Source: Octopus sinensis (Eukaryota). From it: DNA of 64,000 nucleotides. Position numbers and translations under genes: made by a program. Shown here one piece after another: positions 25,099 to 36,633 of the stretch. Every line of letters begins with the position of its first letter. The first letter of the stretch is position 1. The DNA is taken from positions 57,722,001 through 57,786,000 of the forward strand of contig NC_043013.1 in NCBI RefSeq assembly GCF_006345805.1, in the 5' to 3' direction. Under the pieces are notes generated by a model. That model was not told the DNA's origin. It saw only the letters and a list, made by a program, of their open reading frames with translations, and did not search any database.

Positions 25099-25544
25099 CC
25101 TAATGCCAAGGGTTAAACTCAACTTCATTTGTCAATCTTATAAGAAAACCCACTCAAAACAGGAGCTGATTTTCAAAAGTCATTAAGTATACTACTTCAG
25201 TTGCTTTGGAGTTAATTCAACTCTTATTTTAACATAAACGGTGCAAGGCAGTACACTCTTGGATTTTATGATCTCTATTAATTTTGCCATTCGGTTGTAA
25301 TTTCTAATAAGCCAATTTTTTATCATAACTCACAGAATTTCCAACTTTGATTTTCACGTGTCATTTAGAACCTAATAATAATATGATGTAACGGAATGAT
25401 GGAATGTTATATGAATAAGAAAATAATATATATAGATAATAATAATAATAATAATAATTGATCATGTTGTTTCTGGCTTCCCAGTCCTCGCTGAAACGGA
25501 GTGCCTCATATGAAATGACAGACTAGGGCAGTACATTCACTTGA

Positions 25545-25975
25545 ATGTTTGTAAATAGTACAAAATCAAATCCCATAAGTGGTACAGGCACCATCCAGAG
25601 GGAGTTACCATCCTTTGGAACTTCCCAATACAAAAAGACAGAAAAATGGACTCCAAATCGACCAGGCATTGTGATCAAGGATTACAACAGAGGAACTTGT
25701 CTGTTAATAGATATGTCACACCCACAAGATCAAAATGTTTCAAAAAAAGAAAACGAAAAGCTTTCTCACTATAAAGATCTGCAAATTGAAATCACAAAAA
25801 TGTGATGTTGAATCTTAGTACTAGGATAATGCCAGTAGTAATTGATGCGTTGGGAATGATAACGTTGGGAGCTGAGAAGTATATTAAGCAACTCCCTGGT
25901 TATTCCAATCTCTGTGCACTACAAAAGATAACCTTGATGGGTACAGCCCATACACTAAGGAAAGCATTCTCCATC
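25545..25975 (+). mobile_element. R4/Dong/NeSL-type non-LTR fragment (restriction-like endonuclease domain)
   Basis: NRPGIVIKD...CLLIDMSHPQDQNVSKKENEKLSHYKDL...PVVIDALG...LMGTAHTLRK. Confidence 0.8.
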
Positions 25976-26099
25976 TAAAATGGATTAGATGTGGTAATAA
26001 TTTTAGCATGCAAAGCAAATAGCGATAAATGGAGATGAAAATCTTCGGCAATATGCTGCGAAAATATGGGTATAAATGCAGATGAAATGATGCGCAAGA

Positions 26100-26620
26100 A
26101 AGAGTTTAGCCAAAGAGCTGAGGAGAAGAGAAAAGAAGACCGTGAAATGAGAATGCATGGACTGTTTGAAAGGAATACACAAGACGTTAAGGATAATGCA
26201 GTGTCGTGGGCATGGCTTGAGCGAGGTGATTTGAGGTGTACCACCGAAAGCCTGACCATTGCAGCACAACCCAGGCTCTCGCTACCAATTCAGTGAAGTA
26301 TAACATCTATAAAACTTCCGACATTTACAAATGCAGACTGTGGAAAAAGTGTGGGAAATGTGACCCACTTGGTAAGTGGATGTGAGAGCCTTACACAAAA
26401 AGAATGCAAGCGCCGCCACGGTAACGTGTGTGTGCGTTTTGCCTTTCATCCTTTCGGGGTCGATAAATTAAGTACCAGTTACGCACTGGGGTTGATGTAA
26501 TCGACTTAATCCGTTTGTCTGTCCTTGTTTGTCTCCTCTGTGTTTAACCCCTTGTGGATAGTAAAGAAATATATCTTCATTGGCTCCTATGCCGAAATAT
26601 ATAGTATTATATATCCATCA
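26100..26620 (+). mobile_element. R4/Dong/NeSL-type non-LTR fragment (post-RT and CCHC region), interrupted by a SINE
   Basis: MHGLF...SWAWLERGDL..TTESLTIAAQ, KCRLCG...HLVSGC, KRRHGNVC..YLHWLLC once the SINE is removed. Confidence 0.8.
26438..26571 (+). mobile_element. 5'-truncated SINE with Tx1-type 3' tail
   Basis: Close match to the 3' half of 57078-57309; ends TTTGTCTGTCCTTGTTTGTCTCCTCTGTGTTTAACCCCTTGTGGATAGTAAAGAAATA. Confidence 0.85.
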
Positions 26621-26700
26621 AGGCTGATCGTGCCAGTCAGTTTCGCTCAAAGAGTACAATGGAGTGTTATGCAACAATCCATTTATTTCAACTCACTCTA

Positions 26701-26845
26701 ATCAGAGTTAGTCGATATGGAATGGAATATGGCGGCCGCTCTCTATTGTCGGATCCATCTCGCCACTTACTTGCACATTGTCAGAATCCACCTCCTCGAA
26801 TAGAGAGCAGTCGCCATATTCCCTGTCATAAGGGCTAACTCTGAT
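26701..26845. repeat. 145-bp inverted-repeat (MITE-like) element
   Basis: ATCAGAGTTAG at 26701 pairs with 26835-26845; inner 24-bp arms 26724-26747 and 26799-26822 match 22/24. Confidence 0.7.
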
Positions 26846-27289
26846 GAGCATAAGGTTATATAATCGGATTATTACCTAACACTCCATTGTATTCCTTGCG
26901 CGAAACCGATTGGTATGATCAGCTGTGATGGATATGTAAGACTATATATTTCGGATAATATACATATATATATATATCAAGAGGGTATATTGTATAACAC
27001 TTGATAAATAATATCAAGATATCACAAAACGTATATCACTCAATTATCAAAACGTTTATCACTAAGATCTAACTTTGTGTATTTGTATTTTATGACTTTA
27101 TGCATGTGAACATGATGTCGGGGGGAGGAATTTTGTGAAGAATCACAAATATCTATCCTGTCCACGAAACGCATTTTAAGTTATTTCTCAATTAAAAATA
27201 TTCAGGTAATAGTAAATGGCAATCCAGCAACCGTTATTTATGTGTATGTGCGCCAGTGTGCATCAGCTATAATAGCTTTATATATATAT

Positions 27290-27343
<54 letters not shown>

Positions 27344-27542
27344 ATAATATATATATATATATATTAAATTTGTTTCCAGGAAACGCTTTGAATGTGCAAA
27401 TAAATCTATTCTCTTCTACCGGCCACAGTTTAATGATGCTCCCTCGTGAACCAGTTTTTTGGCATTACATCGAGCTGCACTAATATAATGTCGGATAAAT
27501 ATAACAATAACAATAATACTTGGATGGAATTTATCTTTGTAT

Positions 27543-27802
27543 GCCTAGTACTTATTCTATCGGTCTCTTTTGCCGACTCACTCAGTTACGACGACATAAA
27601 CACACCGATGGTGGGGGGACAAACACACCCACGTATATATATACGACCGGGCTTCTTTCAGTATCCGTCTCTACCAAATCCACTCAAAAGGTTTTGATCG
27701 GCCCGAGGCTGTAGTAGAAAACACTTGCACAATGTGTCAGACACTGAGACCGAAGGCGGAACCATGTGGTTAGGAAGCAAACGTTTTACCACACAGCCAC
27801 TC
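27543..27802 (-). mobile_element. OK-type tRNA SINE
   Basis: Reverse complement begins GAGTGGCTGTGTGGTAAAACGTTTGCTTCCTAACCACATGGTTCC; provides an uninterrupted head for comparison with 10541. Confidence 0.85.
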
Positions 27803-28029
27803 ATATTAATGTTTGTATTCTTCTACTGAAAAATAGTGAGAGATTGGTTGAAATATGGTAATTATGTGTAACTAAGAATTTATTCATTTCAGTTTTACCA
27901 GCTTAAACAACTTCAGCGCAATATATTTTGCTCGTGTGCGGGTGTGAATGCTTATATCAGTGAAATTAGACAGGCATATATGAGTGTGTGCATGCGTGGT
28001 TTTATGTAAACACACACACAGAGAAATAT

Positions 28030-28066
<37 letters not shown>

Positions 28067-28885
28067 GCTATGTTTCTCTGTGAGCAAAAAGAGGTCTGCA
28101 TTCATCTATTACCTTCTGTAATTCAAATGGTGCTTGGGTTTTTACTCCAGAAAATAAAATTAATGACTATTGACAGAATCACTTTTTCCCCAATATTTTA
28201 TTTAAATTGGCAACAAATCCAATAATTATGTGGCACGCAAAAAACCTCTTACATGGGAAATAAACAGAAAGTATATACAACCAAAGATACCAGTTTATAT
28301 ATGTATTACGTATGTATGTTTGTATGTAATCATTATATGCATAAATACACATGTATATACATACATACGTATGTATATATATATATATACAAGCATACAT
28401 AGTTATCTATATAAATATATCTATACATCTCTTTCACTCTCTGTATACATATATAGAAACATGCATACATATTTAAATATATGTATGTGTGTATATATAT
28501 GTACGTATGTATGCATTTATGTATGTATATCTGACTGTATCTATGCGGGTATGTATGCATAGATTTGTGTGTGCGTGAGTGTATGCACGTAGAATTAACC
28601 GATTGATTCGTCGATGGATGGTTAGACAGCCAGACACAAGCATGTGTTGATGTTCTTTCTTTGTGATTACATTTGATACTTGTATGAAATGAAGTTGACG
28701 AATCGCTATGGAAAATGATGTAGCAGGTATAGGGAGGAGTGAAAGTTGAAAAACCAAGCAAATACGTGATTCGATAATTACGAGAGTATAAGAAGAGAAC
28801 TGGTACCAAGTAGAGTAAATTTAGTGTAATTTCGAAATGAATGCCTCTACTTTGCTTTCAAAAAATGTTACTCTGAGATTAAATT

Positions 28886-29556
28886 TATGTGATTGGTAGT
28901 GAATGGAATATGTTTTAAAAGTAAATCTTTGGAAACGCTGGATAAACTACAGCCAATAAATACAGCGACTTTGTCTTTTACCTTGTTACTCTGCGGAATA
29001 AGAACATTAAAATAGTAATGTTATTATCAGTACGAACATGCTTGGTGTACATTCGAACCGGGGAACAAGCTACTCACTGGGAAAAGTAAGATAGTAATGT
29101 AATTACGGTCGGAATATGCTTGGGGCACGTTCGAACCGGAGAACAAGCTACTGAGTGCGGTTTCTGACGGGAAATATATCCCGTTTGACAAACGGTGTGT
29201 CTACACGTTTATCAGCTTGCAGCATACATACCCAAACCGTTAGATGCAAGTATTTCAGAGTAGTTATCTCCTCTTCGGACACGGACACCAGGCAAGCGGC
29301 GCTACGAGGTGACTGAAGAGACGGATTCTCTTATACTTTTCCCAGTGAGTAGCTTGTTCCCCGGTTCGAATGTACACCAAGCATGTTCGTACTGATAATA
29401 ACATTACTATTTTAATGTTCTTATTCCGCAGAGTAACAAGGTAAAAACAAAGTCGCTGTACAGGTGAAGATTCGAAGACCATTTATTGGCTACAGTTTTT
29501 CAAGCGTTTCCAAAGATTTACTTTTAAAACGTATTCCATTCACTACCAACCACATA
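28886..29556. mobile_element. About 670-bp foldback/MITE with about 200-bp TIRs and TA ends
   Basis: Arms 28886-29088 and 29334-29556 are near-identical reverse complements; the right arm carries a 21-nt insertion; a subterminal motif is repeated in the spacer. Confidence 0.85.
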
Positions 29557-29570
29557 CATATATATATATA

Positions 29571-30250
29571 GCGTTCAGTCAAAAAATTGTCTACATTACG
29601 CTAAAAATGAAAATAAGACTGATATCTCATTTTAGCAGATATATTTATCAAAATTACATAAGAATATCTGGGAATACTAAACAGTAACTCTATTCAATAT
29701 AATCGCCATTGGCTTCAACCTCCAGACGGCTTCGGAATATCCTGCAACTCTTCTGGTCGGTCTCCTTGTTTAAGTTGGTGAATGCTGCCATAATCTCTGT
29801 TTTCAATTCATCTTTGGTGTTCTCGTTCAACCGTACCCCATACTTAATAAGCAAGGGTGTTGCTGCCTGGAGAGTTAGGGGGCCAGATGTTAGGAGTGAC
29901 GTGGTCGGAGAAATTATCTGACAGCCTTCACTGAGTTCTCCTGCCAGACATAGGTTCTTCCAGCAACCACCCTCTTCACCCAGGGCAGTACTATCTCCTC
30001 CAGGTACTTTACTTGATGTAGGCCTCTGTGTTGTCTGAGATTGTGTGGGAAGATGAAATTAAGGTACAACATCGCTATCAATAGTGATGGCTCCAAATAC
30101 CATGATGTTGACTGGATGCTTTAATGTTTTACATGTTTTGGGGACACGACAAGCCAACAGTTGTTCTGTATGTTTACCATGTGAAGGTGATAGAATTTTT
30201 GCTCGACTGAGAAATATCAATGTATGTTCGGTTGAAAGTACAGCATGGTG
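29571..30250 (-). mobile_element. Mariner (maT-like) transposase 3' fragment
   Basis: HPVNIMVFGAI, YLEEIVLPWVKRVVAGRTYVWQ, and a frameshifted WPPNSP-like region. Confidence 0.75.
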
Positions 30251-32799
30251 TTTCCAAATTTCTGGCAGAGTGAATTGCGTCATGGTACTGTTATTCTCAC
30301 AGTCTGTGCCTCCAATTAACACTACTATACTTGTGTGGTCGTGAAAACCCAAAACAAACTATGCGCATGCACTATATCAAAAATATAGAAAAGCAACAAT
30401 TTACCCTTCGCTTGCTGTGTATATATGTATGTATGTATGTATGTATGTGTGTGAGAGAGAGAGAGATAAACAGACAGGCAGACAGACAAAAAACATAAGT
30501 AGAGAGATGGAGAGAGAGAGAGAGAGAGAGAGAGTAACAGATGAATGTATATATTTAAAAGAATGGTTTTATATTTATATTTATATTTTGCCTGGACAAA
30601 ATTGCCAACCGATTCTTAAAGATTTCGTGCCATCACAGATATGGTCGACTGTTCTTGTCAACGATTGACAAGTAATCAAGGCTAATGACTAAAACAATGA
30701 CTAAACATCAGTTCCGAAACAAGAACGGTTTTCGCTGATGGCTGAGTGGAAAATGTGTTCGGTTAGTAATGAGTTGGAATATGATGACAGTTTGAAATAA
30801 TCAAACTGTCCACATTTAGAAAAGCTGCAGTCTGTTTTATCGAGATAATAACACCCAACCAAACCTAAGGAAGCATGAAGTACTATTTAGAACTAATTAG
30901 CAATAAATAATTATTGTCCTAAAGCTACCGTTAATAGATACATAATAAGGTAATTCCTACATTATAATCACGTTGTTTCGTCCTCTGGGACCAGTTGCTT
31001 TTTCACTTTTGTATAAATATTTATGATACGCCAGCTGTCCACCAAACCACATCTGAAGGTAGCAGTATGTAGCAAAGTATTTGGTGTAACTGTGTGCACA
31101 CATGACTGTGCAGTTAACAAGTTGTTGCAGCATCTACCTCGCTTTCAAACTGATCTTAATATCAGTTCATTCTAGCATAGATACCTGTCGACTAATGCAG
31201 GGGGAGTGGAATTTTGTAGAAAATAAATTGAAGGTAGATCGTATATGTTCTAAGGCGTTAGACAGAAATTCCACATGTTATAACCTGACAACTCCCAGCG
31301 GCTGTCTTCAGCGAAGATGAAATTAAATTTCATGGTATTTCCAGTAATGATGTCAAATATCTACTCCCAATCCCACAAAAAATTTATATAGAATTGGAAC
31401 CTCCTCTAACTCACGTTGCCTCGATAAACTTTACGTATTTCTGCATAAAAATAGTTGTTTCGGACATGACATTCCCCAATAAAATATTGAGTGGTGTATA
31501 AAGCTACTGCAGTTAAGGGTAATAAAATCTTGAGCGGTTATATCTGATTTCTTCAGAAGAGGGATCAACAAAGATCTGTCTCTCCAAGCATACGTATATT
31601 GAAAGTACGGTTGTCAGATTGAGTCTAGAATCTCCATACGCTATAAAATAATATAAGATGTACGACACGAGTAATACTGTAACACTATAAGCACTCTGGG
31701 TGTTGTGTTGCAATACATTGTACGTATATATATATATCAACAATATATACAAATATATATACGCACGCATAAATGTATATACATAAATATATATACGCAC
31801 ACATAAATGTATGTACGTAAATATATATACGCACACATGTGTATATATATTTATGTATATATACATTTATATATCTATATACACATACGTGTATATATGC
31901 ATGTACACACACATACGCTCAGTGATAAACAAACAGATGTAAGTTTGTGTTTAAAATAAAGGTAACTAAAATATGACTGAATGATATTTAGACTTATACA
32001 AGCGTGACATTAAAAAAAACTCTCACAAATACAAAATCGCAAGAAACAAACAAAAACAAAACCAATTTGTTTCATATTTTATCGAAACAATTGACATAAA
32101 ATGAATAAGAAATAACCCCAGCTTCATTTACAAACATACACGCACACATGTACACAGACACACACACACACACACACACTATTATACGTACAGGTACAGA
32201 GAAGGAAGCGTACACACATACAAACTCATACAAACGCATTTTCTCACTCACACATATATAGATGTAGGCTATCAGCTGCACAAACACACAGACATATTTG
32301 CATACACACTGTTAGACAGGCGCATACAGACAGTAATGCAGGTGCATACACATAGTTACACAGGCACATACACTGTTACACGCACACACTTGTTCATAAG
32401 CGGACACATATATTTACTCTGATCCTTTTAGAGACGCAGATACACGTATCCTCACACATATACACACATACTCAAATATTCACAAGCTTACATTTATCAA
32501 CACATGCGCAGCAACACACACGCAAACTTGCACACATGCAAACACATACCTGCAAGCAAATACATAATTACAAACACAAATACACACAGACGAACACACA
32601 AAACCACACACATACATACAGAGTCAATCAGAGAAATGTCACATGACCAACTTACACCAACAATTATAGAAACACAGAAACGAAAATATAGCAAAATGTT
32701 TTCTCCTTTTCACTGTGAAGTGATTCAAAATTAAATGATAAAATAAAATATCCCTGAACATACAAAAACTATATAAGCACAACAGCACCCGATAATAGC

Positions 32800-32845
<46 letters not shown>

Positions 32846-33331
32846 GCAACAACAGCAATAATAATGGTAGGTATATGCTGAGCGATAAGTAATAAAGTAA
32901 TAATGTATAACAAACAGTTAGAGTCTAAATGTCAATGCATTGAATTTTTACTTGGAAATTAATTACTTTTCTTGACAATAAGTTAAAGTAAGTTGCCTAC
33001 AGGGAAACTGTTATTGAAATTACGAAATATACATACACACACATATATAGTCAGATAAACAAATACATAAAGAAATATGTGTCTATACATGTGTGTGTGT
33101 GTGTGCGCGCATGCATGTGTTCATGCACACAAACACACATCTGCTCAAATACATACGTATTATATATATACACAGATACAGATATATGCATATATAGAAT
33201 ATTCTCAGTATGGATCTGGGAAGACCGTGCTTCAAATACGACTAAATACAGAATTTAGCAGTAAAAGGTATTTTGCTGTTGATTTTACCTATGTATGTAT
33301 ATATATATATATGTGTGTATGCATGTATGTA

Positions 33332-33382
<51 letters not shown>

Positions 33383-34603
33383 ACCCACAAACACAAACAC
33401 ACAAGGCGTTTGTATTACATATCCCCTATATCTTCATGTGAATGAGATTCAGTGAAATATTTTCAATAGTTTTTCCTCAAGATCATTTGCTTTCCGTTCT
33501 TGAGTGCCTAACCTACCCCACATCAAGTAAACAAACAAGACTTAATTTCAGGTCTTTTGTGCGTACAGTTAAACGAAATCATAGGTATATAAGGAAATTA
33601 TAAATATGTTATTGTCATGGAAGTCAATTGGGCCATGCTGCAATCTGATGAGTTACAGACAGGAGAATGGAGTGAACCATAGACTGGCGGTAACGTTACC
33701 AAAACGGTGAAGGAGAGCTATTAAAACTTAGAGGAAGTTGTTATACTACCTCCAAAACTTATAGTAAAACGTTTTTTGTAAAAACGTTTTACAATGATAA
33801 TGTAAATAGCGAATGTGCCAGAAGAGTAGCAAGTCTTTGTCCAAAGTGTTTACTTAAAACGTTTCAAGTTCATTTGGGCCATTATTAAGATTTTTTTTAT
33901 ACATTTTCCCATCGGATTCTTGAAGCTCTGTTATAAATTACAGAGTAGAAAGTAGATTTGCTTCGCGAGAATACAAGGAAAGGCAATATTAGGAATGTAT
34001 ATTGTTTTACCCAAATATCCAGACTATACGATTTTCTCTTCAATACTCAGCGTAAGAACCTAAATCTGGTCCTTGTTTATCCATTCCACATCGAAGTTTT
34101 CTAATTCAAAAGTTACGAGAGTTGTCTATTTCATTTTTCTTTATAATTGAATTCAATTTCGATTTACGAACAGCTGAGACCTTTCTGTCTTGCTTCATGT
34201 TTCGGATTTACTATTATAGTAAAATGTATTTTGTTAAAATATAACAATGATAATGTGCATTAGTTTCGCTGATTCGCAATTTTTACACAGGCACGACGGG
34301 ATATCTGTGTTATTGTACAACCTGCTGACTATTCACTGAACCATTCAATATTATATCAGCTTTTAACGAGTGTTAAATGGTGCCATTGTACAAGAATAAT
34401 CTAAAGCAAATAGAACCAGCATGCATTTCAAAACAATAATTATTTTCCTTCCGTCTTCTGTACAATAGAAAAACAAATAGAATTGTAACTATCAATCCTG
34501 CGGCAGACAGGAATTTATTTTGAAACTTGACGCAAACGACTCAAAGTGTTCTTAAGAAAACACACAGACATTGTCAGCCACTCCTCGTCTTCATTTTGAA
34601 TAG

Positions 34604-34672
34604 AATCCTGAATAAATTGGTGTCCAATTGGACACCAATTTATTCAGGATTTCTGTCTAATTAGACAGAAAT
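34604..34672. repeat. Two overlapping perfect palindromes (48 bp and 24 bp)
   Basis: 34604-34651 and 34649-34672 are each perfect, spacer-less and centred on AATT. Confidence 0.95.
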
Positions 34673-35174
34673 TTCGCTCTATATCCGCTGATAATATGAC
34701 CAATCTAGAAGTAAAAAGAAAAGAAAATTTGATTCTGTCATAAAGAAGTCAGACAGAGGCAATCCCCTGAAAAACTGAAGTTTGTGAGTGGGAAATGAAC
34801 AACGGATTAGAAAAACAGCGAAATGTTATGAAATGTGGGAATGGATGACATCATTTTAACTGCACCTCATCGATTAACACCGCTCAACATGTAAGATGTG
34901 AGCAAGAACTAGATCATTGGTGAATTATCACTCGTGATTAGATAATTTACACTAATGACAAAAGATGTAATTAAGGTTAGGGCTAAATGGTAAGAATGAT
35001 AACGCTGAAAGCTTATTAGCAAAGAAGATTGCGTTCGCTCGACCAGGTAGAAGTAGCAGCCCACTCTTACTCCCATCAGAGTAACTGCTCATCTGGAAGC
35101 TTCTTTATTCTTGTGTAAGGTAATCGTTTATACGAAATATTCACAGGGGAGCATCAATCGAAGCACAAGAGCAT

Positions 35175-35432
35175 ATGTATGAATATACCGCGGACTATTC
35201 TGTCGTAGCTGACAGAAGAAACAGTTCCTTGCTGAATAATATTCAAAGAAGATTTGTTTGTATTATCCAAACGTTTCTGTGGCACGTTAGGGCATTGCTT
35301 CTCCAGGCGCAGCGTGTGACACACGTCGCCTTTCCAAGTAATCGCAGAGTAAAGACAGATGAAGTGTTTTGCTTTAGAATAACTCCACCATTCTCAGTTT
35401 TAGAATGGAATAAACGAACGTTGCGAACGTGA
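35175..35432 (+). mobile_element. Possible decayed LINE ORF2 C-terminal fragment
   Basis: YEY...SSLLNNIQRRFVCII resembles the LEY..W...LLDRIQRRA.R.I motif of Jockey/CR1-group RTs. Confidence 0.3.
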
Positions 35433-35535
35433 GAGCAATGCCTCCAATTAATGGCGTGCTCACTCTCCCTCCTCGACCCTCTCTCTTTCCAGACATCACT
35501 AACTTGACAAAGAGTAATGCGTGGTTCTAGCGTTG

Positions 35536-35770
35536 CTAGAAATAAGAGTCAAAAGACTCAATCGCCACAGAAGCAATATCTTAATGACTGAAAAGGCAAG
35601 GAAATGTCACCATCGGACATAGATCACCGGCAATTTTGAATTTTGATGCAGGGTATCTTAATTCACATCGAAATTCTGCATCGAAATCCGAAATCACCGG
35701 AGATGTGGCCTTGTCATTCATTAAGACAGTGCTTCTGTGGCGATTGAGTTGTTTTGGCACTTATTTATAG
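35536..35770. mobile_element. About 235-bp MITE-like inverted repeat
   Basis: AAATAAGAGTCAAAAGACTCAATCGCCACAGAAGCA... pairs with ...TGCTTCTGTGGCGATTGAGTTGTTTTGGCACTTATTT. Confidence 0.75.
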
Positions 35771-35867
35771 AAATGCAAGTACCAGTTAGTACACTCTAAT
35801 GTTAATGAGGTCTATAAAATTGCTTTTAGCTTTAGGTTAATAAAATGGTAATAAGCCACCCATATTA

Positions 35868-35927
<60 letters not shown>

Positions 35928-36173
35928 CTTGTCATTAACTAGGACTCATGGTGCTGAAGAGCACTTAAGTTACAAGAAATAGGACTTAAAAACTGTTACT
36001 GCTGTATGAAGCGCACAATGCGTATACGCTGACAGGGGAGATAACCGCCCCATGAGCAAAGTCACGACTCAGTGACGATTAAGTTTTCCATTCATGGCCC
36101 TATATTGCGTCTAGCAGTCTAGATGTTTATACTAATTTTCAGAATATATAATATCATTATAATTATTATAATA

Positions 36174-36268
36174 TGCCCCAGCACAAGGGCGGTGCCCCAG
36201 CACAAGGGCGGTGCCCCAGCATGGCCTCAGCCGGATGACTGAAACAAGTAAAAGAGTAAAAGAGTAAA
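36174..36268 (+). mobile_element. Severely truncated SINE/LINE tail with a 19-bp 5' tandem duplication
   Basis: (TGCCCCAGCACAAGGGCGG)x2, then TGCCCCAGCATGGCCTCAGCCGGATGACTGAAACAAGTAAAAGAGTAAAAGAG. Confidence 0.8.
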
Positions 36269-36271
36269 TAC

Positions 36272-36323
<52 letters not shown>

Positions 36324-36413
36324 GTATATATGTATATATATATGTATATATATATATGTATATATATATGTATATATATATATATGTATATATTATATGT
36401 ATATATATATATG

Positions 36414-36458
<45 letters not shown>

Positions 36459-36542
36459 GTATATTATATATGTATATATATATATGTATATATATATGTA
36501 TGTATATATATATATGTATGTATATATATATATGTATATATA
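36269..36542. repeat. Degenerate (TA)n/(TATG) microsatellite
   Basis: Read directly; source of the spurious YI-repeat ORFs. Confidence 0.95.
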
Positions 36543-36633
36543 TGATTTGATTTGATTTGATTTTTCCAGTTTCAGCTTATGAGCTGTGGCCATGCTGGGG
36601 CACCGCCATTTGGTGTTGCTACTTGGTTTCACT

